Part shown: positions 55,395 to 64,000 of the stretch, one piece after another | How the letters are laid out: every line of letters starts with the position of its first letter | How positions within the stretch are numbered: position 1 is the first letter of the stretch | Source of the DNA: Polymyxa betae A26-41 | Taxonomy: Eukaryota > Protista > Endomyxa: Phytomyxea | Direction: 5' to 3' | Assembly (NCBI GenBank): GCA_003693705.1 | Contig: RBZT01000312.1 | Location: 62,001-126,000, forward strand | Length of the DNA stretch: 64,000 nucleotides | Program-made: the position numbers and the translations under genes | Notes under the pieces: generated by a model | The model's input: only the letters and a program-made list of their open reading frames with translations | Told to the model about the DNA's origin: nothing | Database searches by the model: none

Positions 55395-56255
55395 ATGACG
55401 GTTGCTGCAGATCGTCTGGATCCGGAACGAATCAACGAATCGTGGCTGATCTCAAGAAAAGGCCTGGCAATATATCGGCTCCTCGCCTTGATTTTCGTGC
55501 TGTACACGATTCTGTATACATTAGCATACAGCTCCATAGCTCGACATCTGTTATTTGCTACACATTGGAACGCATTGCTCATACTCTTGTAAAACCAGCT
55601 AGTTATTCAGATCATCCCATTTCGCCTTTCGCTGAATGTCATGCAGATTCTTCATACTGGGTACGATTACAGATTGGAATATGGTTAAGAGCCGAGCACT
55701 GATCGTCGTGACGTTTATCGTGTTTGAGACATCGGTCTCCATTGCCTTCACCATAGTTGTAAGAACTGGATTTCGTTCGATTTCCTCTCATGATCGATGT
55801 GATGGCAGGCGCTGTACTGGGGAGCTATCAATCCCAGCCGCCAATTCGAATCGGTGAATCTCGCCTTGAGCAGCGTCCAGAATCATGGCATCGTGTCTGC
55901 CTTGATCTACATCGATTTATTCTTGAACAATGCAATTGTAAAGGCTCGTGATGTTATCTATCCGATCGCGTTCGCGATCCTATACCTGCCTGTAAACGCT
56001 GCATGGACTACAATAACCAACCGTCCGATTTATCCCCAGGTTGATTGGAAACGGCTTTGGACCTTTTACGTCATTGTAATTGCATTAGCACTCATCATTA
56101 TTGTGCATCTAACCGTATGGTTCGTCACATACATACTTCGGCCAGGTCACGATGTGGAAGAGACTGCTGGCGAACCAGGAGAGTCAAAGGCTGGCGAACC
56201 AGGAGAGTCGAAGGCTGGAGAATCGAGTGTCCAGATTCCACCATCCACACCCTAA
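55395..56255 (+). CDS. Multi-pass membrane protein, rolling-stone/FAR-17a-AIG1-like
   Basis: TM helices with YRL, LFATHW, YW, NHG..S..IDLFLN, RPIYPQVDW motifs; two introns; start uncertain. Confidence 0.65.
56166..56221 (+). repeat. 24-bp coding tandem repeat (AGEPGESK x2.3)
   Basis: gctggcgaaccaggagagtcaaag gctggcgaaccaggagagtcgaag gctggaga. Confidence 0.9.
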
Positions 56256-56332
56256 ATTGTAATATAGGAATTCCATTGCAATTGTATACGTTTAAATCTA
56301 GGTTAAAATACGTTTGGTTCAGAGAGAGAATG

Positions 56333-58470
56333 TTATACGGTTATGCTGGTTGCATTCTTTAGGTCGTGATGTTCTTGCTGCAAACGAAGGACTCGGTTTG
56401 TGATTGAATTAATACGAGTCACAATATCAGCAGATTCGGTGGCGTTACGCTGCCCACTAGACTGACTAGAAATAGAATCAGGAGAGAGCAATCGTTCGAC
56501 TTCCTTTCAGGAAAATCAGCGATTTTGCAAGCAGAAGCGACATACAAAATGACCTGCTTATGGATGGATGGTTCAGCTTCCAGTGCTTCTTGCCTTCTTT
56601 TAACAATCTCCTGGGCGAGACTTGACACAATATGCTGCCTCTCCTGCTCCAGCTGGTTTTTCAGCGCAGCAACGGCAGTCTTATTGTCTTGCTCAGCCTC
56701 AACTCGTATCTCTTCAATCCAGGAGGTTTTTGCAGAATCGAATTCAGCTGGGATAGCATTGATCAGCGTTGGGAAAGTTAAACAAACGAAGTCAGACCTC
56801 GGAGAGCCTGTAAATCCCGCTCGATGGTAGCTTGATGTTCGCGACGCAATCTGGCGCATTCATCTTCCCTTTCCGTCAGAAGAGCGTTCTTGAAATCTTC
56901 AATTGCTAGCAGCTGCCTGAAATGCTATGAGTTTTACATAAGCGAATAGAACTGATATTGCCTTTGTTGCAAAAGATTCTTTTCGTCGGCGATATTGGCA
57001 TCATTTTCTGCTTTCATTTCCTGTTTGATCTTCTCACACGCCAAAAGCCTTTCATTTTCAAGCTTTCTCCGAATTTTTTTTATGGTTTGGTCCATCTAAG
57101 CATTTAACATTGAATATCCATTCCACAGCACAACCCGGGAGGTGTCTTACTTGAAGATTTATTTCATTCTGGATATCGAGCTTATACTTTGCTAAGTATC
57201 GATCATTGTCCTCCTGAATTTCCTTTCGCAGCCGACTTTCGTATGATTTAGCCTTAGATAAAGCCCTTCTTTCTTCCTGCTCTTTAGAGGTTTTCAGATT
57301 TTCAAGAGCCTCTTTCTGAATTTCCTATCAATCTGTGAGAAGACTCATGTTGAAAAAGAGCCATTACCTTCTTCTTTTCTTGAAACTCCTTGGAATGTTT
57401 CGTTTTTAAAGCCATTATTTGTTTTGAAAGCGTCGCCTTGGCTTCCTTCTGAATAGCCTCAAGACGGCTATCAAAGTCACGTTTAACTTGCGACTCGATC
57501 TCCTTTAACTTGAGCGCATTCTGCTTTTTCTCCTTCTCCGATACTTTTTTGGCGTCCTAAGCACTGAATCAGAATTCTGTGTAGATGTAATTAACGGCAT
57601 CTAAAACAGAGTTTAACTTCTTCAATTTCCGCGCGTAACCGTGATTTCATCTCCTGGTGTTCGTTATGAAGAAACTGATGAAGATTTTGCATTTTTTCTT
57701 TTCGTTCTTTTGCAACTTCACGTTCAAGTTTATCTTTCAATGCTTTCATTCGTTTGTCCTACACAATGGTTAAAGTCGAATATCACATCAGCACAGATGC
57801 AACTTTCTCTAAGTCGACGGCGCGCTGGGCTTCTGCAATCGCCTCCTCCTCCTTACGCTCCCAAACCTGATCCATCTCGTTTGCGATCTTATCAATTTCG
57901 CTTTTCGCGATCGATTCGGCTTCTATACGCAATGCTTCCAATAATTTCCCCATCTAGGATGGCATTCACATTTTTGTTCAACAAACAACTTGCCAAACCT
58001 CCGAATAATGAAGCTCATGGAGGATCTTGATGCTGTCCAGCAGATCTTGCTTAAATTGCTTGATGAGGTCGTCGGTCATCAAAGAATTGTTCCTCTTAAG
58101 ATATTGGCTGCTCGCTTCGAACAGCTGCTGATGTCGCTCCTGTATTTTGTTCGCCATGCGCTCATAGGAGGATTGATATTGTCGGTTAAGGTGATCATAT
58201 TGGCAATGGACATGCTTCTGAAGCAGCTCCCAATGTTTCTTATCATAGCCCTGCAGGAGAAGTTGGAAATGATGGATTGGGGCTGGCCCTGTTGCCATCA
58301 TGACAGATTGAAATGACCGAAATGACTTTGTGAGTCACAGACTATCAAATGAAACCACATTGCCGATTGCATTAGATTCGCACGCTGCTTCACAAATTGT
58401 TTTGTCTTTCAAGCGCATGGCCGAAGCACTCGGGCAACATGGTTGCATAACCCAGTTTTCGATGTCTTGA
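56333..58470 (-). CDS. Long coiled-coil hypothetical protein, multi-exon; 5' end uncertain
   Basis: E/K/Q/R-rich exons join through short introns (including GC-AG 56917-56961) and end at NATSITV*. Confidence 0.55.
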
Positions 58471-58910
58471 CTATCGAATCTGTGAATAGTCTGTCCCTGA
58501 AAGGCCCACTGTCATCGGTAGAATGATTGAGGCAATGTAACATTAACCATGGTGGCATGATGGGTGACCTGTAATGAGTGTCATACGATCAGGCTGTCTG
58601 TTGTCCATATAGACACACTGACTTGAGACACTCGAATCATGATCAACCGTATGACCATAAAAATGATAATGATCTTGTTAAAATCGACCATCCCACCGAC
58701 ATGCCTGTCTCTACTATCCATTGTCATGCAACGAAATTTTCGAAAGCGATTTATTTGCTGTAGGTAGAACTAGGATACTACACAACGATCTTCGGTGCAT
58801 GGGCCTGGCGATCCTTATCTTGATCCTGTGTCGGCATAGCCTTATAATAGAAGCTATTCGTCATAGACCGTGCTTGATTGGGCTATCTGCTCGTAAAGTT
58901 TACAAGCAAC

Positions 58911-59432
58911 ATGGAAAGCCCAGCTCGTGAGGCACATCATCAGCCGGGACGGCCACGAATCGAAATATGGGAGCCTACGTATAGGATGTCTCCAAAAGAA
59001 GGCACTGTGTTCCAGCCATATAAAGTCGAGTCGATCTTGAAATCCCGACTGCATCCATGCCTGGATGGATTCGTGTACGACCACGATAAAGCTAAAGAGT
59101 TAATGCTGCAGTTGACTACTGAAATTAAGAACGAAGTTAAAAGTACTGGAAGCGACATCCTCGGATGTTATACTGATTATTGTCATCATAACAGAACTAG
59201 ACTTCGAGCGCTATAAAATCATAGTGCAGGTGTCTATTGGAGAAGTTAAAGGGCAAGGCATCCGGGTAGCGTCTCGATGCCTTTGGGATGACAAAACTGA
59301 TAACTGTGCATCTTACTCAGTCAAAAATGTGATAATCAGTTTTCAATGATCACGATAGAGTATTTACTGAAGCAGCGGTTATAGGAGAGCACATGGGCTG
59401 TAGCAACAGTTTTCGGCCTTTTCCTCGAATGA
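58911..59432 (+). CDS. Tctex1-domain dynein light chain (ciliary TCTEX1D type)
   Basis: PTYRMSP, RYKIIVQVSIGE..GQGIRVASRCLWD..TDN, AVATVFGLFLE*. Confidence 0.9.
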
Positions 59433-59572
59433 GCTTCATGCTCAAGCATGGAAAGCAACCTCAATGCGATTTAATCAGCCGGAAGGAGGATCTCCATCAT
59501 TACCAGCCTCTTAATTAATGAATAAGAATGGCTTATATAATTATTTGACCTAGCGTAATATGCAATCTTGCA

Positions 59573-61207
59573 TTAAGAACTCTGATCTGGAGCGAACTCA
59601 TATGTAGTGGATGCAACTCCGCCAGCTTCCTCCGATTGTTTCACTGTTCCGCATCGCTTTGATTCGCGAAAGAACTTCATGATTAGCTGTTGTACATTTT
59701 GCTGGCGAATAAATGTTTTGGCCTGCACCTGAGAGATGCTTAGATTTGCCAGTGAGATCACAAATTGAAGCATCCTTGTCGGACCTCTAAATCTCGAAAG
59801 ACATCAAGTGTGCATAAACCAGACCGGCGAGCGATCGTTATGGCTTTCAGTATTGCTCTTGTCCAGAGAATGCGGCCATACGTCAACGACTCATAAGACA
59901 AAGTTGTGCAACACTGCAGCCCCATTATGACAAAACGGATCTGCCAAAAAAGTTATTTGAGTATCAAAATATAGGGTCTTTGTGCTAACTTCGTCGTTGT
60001 TGGAACACTGAAAGTCCAGTGTTCGTTCTTCCGCAATGATTGAGAAACAGAGCCAGGGTTTTCCCGTGCTCCAATCATAGTCTGTAAATGCTTGGGTTCT
60101 TGGGCCCACAACGATTCCATGCACCTCAGCTAGTTCGACTGCAATGACGTTTAAATCACATAAGACTATGCAAATTTGTTGAAAATACGTAACTGGATCC
60201 TAAAGCCCTAGACGGGGATCTTCCCCAAATTAGCTCTCCATTGTCTCTGCTCATTTTGATGTAGCGTCGTTTTGGAGCTTTTGGCCATTTGTAGCGGATG
60301 ACATACAGTCCCTTTTGCAACTTCGCCAACATGGATGCCATTTCACACTGACGTTCGTGGTAGCGACTCAGAATGGAGTCTACAGCGAAACGATTGGTTA
60401 AGCAAGATCGATAACGAGGTGCTCTGGTAAGGGACAAAGGAGGAGGCGCTGAACAGCTCCGATCCTATACAGTGTTAATGATGATGTCTCCTTTTCGAAT
60501 CGATTACCCGTTTGTGGCTAGTATTAGGAGGTGTATGGTCTTTAAAGCGAACCCTTTTAGGTGCCACTATAGTCTTGGTTGACGGAATCGCAGCGAAATG
60601 CTGTGATTTTGAGCGCTGCCGAATGTTTTCATTGTTTTGTCTGTTTATTGTTTGCTTATCGGTTTCGACGTCATCTAGCGATTCTCCAAACAGCTTGCTA
60701 TGGTTTGATAAGAATTCGCATGCCTAGGCAATCTGCAGCATATACCGAATTTTAGAGAGCGTCAGCAAATCGGATGCAGAGCGAATCAAATTGGAAATCG
60801 TGGAAGCCATGCTGCTTGCAGAAGTCACTATGTGAGGGTGACGGAATTGAAAGTGAAAGTAACACTGGCAGTGGTAGAGGTGAACCGCATTACGTTTCAA
60901 TTCGGTCTCACCTCTCATCTCTTTGTAAAAACTTTATTGAAGGACCTTCCTTTATGCAGCTGTATTAGTTAAATAACGATAGCTACAAGAGAGTGCTTAT
61001 CATCGGCAGCTCTCATTCGCGTTTTGAAGTCGTCTTTATTAACGAGATGTAATTGGAAGGAGAAATTATTGCACGAACACGTAAGAGTTGATTCCTTTTG
61101 TGTACTAACGTATCTGGAAAACACAAAACTTTGAAATAGGTCTGCCAGAGTAGCCCGTGGATTGATCCTGAAGCAGCGTGTTCAGAAGAAGCATCGTTCA
61201 ACGACAT
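59573..61207 (-). CDS. PH-domain protein (PLC-delta/Mcp5-like PH); 5' exons uncertain
   Basis: LQKG..IRY...PKRRYIKMSRD..ELIW; IVVGPRTQAF; CFSIIAEERTLDF. Confidence 0.65.
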
Positions 61208-61339
61208 ATTTAGTGGGAACCATCATGAAGGGACGTGGCTGCGCCGCCTGGCCTCTGTGACGCTGATTTGAACTTTCCATAAAAGCATTTTCATTTCATT
61301 TTGCATACATACACGGCAACATATTGCTCAACATCGAGT

Positions 61340-64000
61340 ATGTTTACCGGCCATGGCGGTCGTGAACGCCGTCGAGTCGATCTTTCTGGCCGCAGAACTG
61401 AGCCCGGTAGTGTCCAAGCATCAGCGAATGCGAAATCACTAAAGATTACGGCTAGTGAACAGAAATGATATCCTTGAGAAAGCCAAGTTGATGCGGATTC
61501 AGAGGGAACAGGATCGTCAGAAAGAATCAAGCTCTGTAATTATTCAGGTAAACTATTGGAATCTAGTTAAAATTCCGTCAATTTGTTGCAGTCTTCGAAT
61601 CATGTTATTTTCAGGCGGCGTATCGCTCGCATCGACTGAGACGATCAGTAAAAGTGGCGTTTCGAACTAGTTTTGACGCCAATTGTAGATCCGAGGATCT
61701 GACTGATGTCAGTGTTATTCGACATTTACTTTCAGTCTTGATATTCTTTTATAATCCATCAGTTGATTCTGCACGGCTGCGAAAAATGGCAGAAATTCTT
61801 GTTGCGTCACTTCGCCAAAAAGGTGACTATTGGAATGCTAGAATCTCGTGTCTGAATATGACGGTTTTTTCAATACAGATATCAAAAGGAATTATCTCCA
61901 ATTGATGCTATTTGATGACTTGACTCAAACATGGATATTCCAAATGCAGCGGCTTTTGAAAAACGTTTTAGATGCTCTTTCAGAGTAATCCACTTTTTGA
62001 TTGCTGGTTGGCTGGCCTTGTAGTGACTTGGAAAAGCAGACATTTCGTTCCTGCCTTCGTCTCAATCATTTTCCTGGTGTTTAGCCCGGAATACTGGCCG
62101 GTTCGTCCTTCCAAAGCGAATCACTGCTCAACAAGTGTCATCCAATATGTCTTAAGAAATAATGCTTCTCTCGTATTTCGATCAGCTTTAATCTCGAAGG
62201 TAGTTTATCATCCAGCAACTATCGCGACCATGATCTTAATTCTTTTCATGTAGTTTCCTCTAGATTTTCCTCTGCTCAATGCATCTGCTGAACAGGTTAA
62301 CTTAAGTTTCCTGTTGGTCAAGGCTTGCCTGAAGCTCTGCCATGCTTCGACGATATACTATTTTGTTCGGGATATCCTAACGATCCCCTCACTGCTGAAT
62401 CGGTCGGTTTCAAACTGTAGTAACTGTTTCCGCTGATCAGTTTTTAGCCATGGAATTCAAGGAATGCAGCCTTTATATTCACAAGAGAACCTGAAGCTGA
62501 TATACAATATTGTTTGCTCGGATAATGGGCAGATACTTGCTGATATTACTTCAAGATATGGCGATGTCGGAGATCCTGCATATCCTTCAGCTGGTACGGC
62601 CTGTGTACTTGAATGTTTGGTTACTAACTGTGCCAAAGGCTGGTTGATGGGCAATATATTTCATTTATCGATGCCTTCTGTTGAAAATGAAACCGAGGAT
62701 AATCGCCTGTTCTCGGCTTTGTCCACTATACTCTTCCGGGGCCCTAAAGTAGGTTGCTTCGTTCAGCAGGAAATGTTATAATGTGGAATCAGTCCATATT
62801 TCCATCTTTGTCTCAAGTTCAATTTGAAGACGAAATGAGAGATGATGACGAAGAGCTGTCCAGTGAATTCCTCTTTGATCATTTGCCTCTACGACTCAAA
62901 CAGCAACTTTCTTTTTTTACCGATCGTCGATTTTTGAATGCTGTAGTCCGGATTGTAAAACACCAGGCAATAGCTACTGAAATTGAGACATCTCGTCTGT
63001 CATTGATTTTTTTGCAGGAAGGCCTCTCTGAAAAATTTGTATCGATAACTTCAATACTCTCTGAGATTCTACGCGTTTGGCAAAGCGCCCGTTTTGAAAT
63101 TCTCAGCGCCGTATCATTCGGTACCAATATCGTTCAGTTGCTTTGGGCCGCTCTTAGTGAAGCAAACTTCGAGAAATTTACAATAACTGTACTACATTCA
63201 CATCAGCATCCATTTCCTATGTTGCTTATCTTTTGAGTAGGATTATGAGAAAATCAGTCCCTCATTGTCCCTCTTCTGTCTTACATATGGACATTGTCTG
63301 AAAGTCATCGATGACGAAGAATTTTATACTCAGCAAGTTCCGTTCACTATTCCTCAAACAATTAATATTATTCTGGCGTTAAGAAGTATGACATTTGGTA
63401 TATTTGCACATATTAACTCATTTGACATTCGTATCACAGCTGTTTTGATACGCTTGTTCTGGTCGGATGGCGTTCTGATGTTAACATCACCTTGGGCATG
63501 TTACCTTCGTGAATTGGCAGCATCAACATTCCAACAGCTCCGTGATCGCCAGTCTCGTAAACCGTTTGCCGACAAGGCAATCTTTGTAATGACCGAGCAG
63601 GCTAATCAAGAATTTCAGCAAGAGTGCTTCGCGATCGTTAACGAAGTAAAGAATTACTTTGAATAGTTTGTCGTTGCATTTTAGTTCAAATTTAGGCCGC
63701 AGCGGTCGGCGGCGACGCCACGCTGGACAATATTTCTGGAGCTGGTGTGGGAAATCGCACTTTAACAATATTGAGAAGAGTCCCTGTGATTATCCAGTTT
63801 CACCAGCGTGTTGAATTATTCTATCGCGTTATTGAAGAAGTTCGTTTGCTCAATGGATATCTTTGTTCTCATATTGAAACTGCTTGATTAGGATAGGCAT
63901 AGAGACCTTCATTTTCATCAATCTCAGGTCAATGTCCGACGAAATTTCCTTTTAGAGGATGCATTTGACCAGTTCGTGAATATGGGAAATCATGTGCGGG
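61340..64000 (+). CDS. UBE3B/UBE3C (Hul5/UPL6-7)-type HECT E3 ligase, 3' partial
   Basis: N-terminal MFTG...VDLSGR, R..RE..R plus IQ motif; ILRRVPVIIQFHQRV..F and VRRNFLLEDAFDQF, which immediately precede the HECT domain; truncated by the window end. Confidence 0.85.

Noticed and set aside
43507-64000. Ubiquitin 'gene cluster' (NZF protein, PEX4 E2, HECT E3)
   Set aside because: The genes are interspersed with unrelated housekeeping genes, and ubiquitin-system genes are common enough for chance proximity

Overview
Gene-dense eukaryotic nuclear DNA (roughly mid-40% GC by eye) with many short (~45-60 nt) spliceosomal introns, so the ORF track breaks most genes into pieces. I re-spliced them by hand. 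The small introns, pentafunctional AROM, hevein/CBM18 protein and ciliary Tctex1-domain light chain fit a flagellated protist such as a plasmodiophorid (Phytomyxea); this is inference, not a database result. There are about 29 protein-coding genes: a PPR protein, a calmodulin-like protein, ARO1, a secreted CBM18 protein, an ASF1-fold protein, an LNK-like protein, DUF1640/MCUR1, PWP2, a plant-like beta-propeller, a C2-WW protein, Rab5, a ~16-kb giant DUF3638/DUF3645 ATPase gene, TPT1, TBCC, PEX4, malonyl-CoA decarboxylase, a cathepsin D-like protease, RBMX2/IST3, PFDN5, a rolling-stone-like membrane protein, a Tctex1-domain light chain, a PH protein, a partial UBE3B/C HECT ligase, and several coiled-coil or hypothetical genes. 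A gene-free island at ~10.0-12.6 kb holds two diverged copies of a decayed ORF. I found no rRNA, tRNA or CRISPR array. The most notable items are (1) the giant protein with architecture LamG - papain-like - SF2-type ATPase - EQ tract - EF-hands - LamG - 2x NZF, and (2) an intronless ORF combining a C2HC zinc finger with a domain resembling the plant circadian LNK co-regulators. Family assignments come from motifs I recall and need HMM confirmation.
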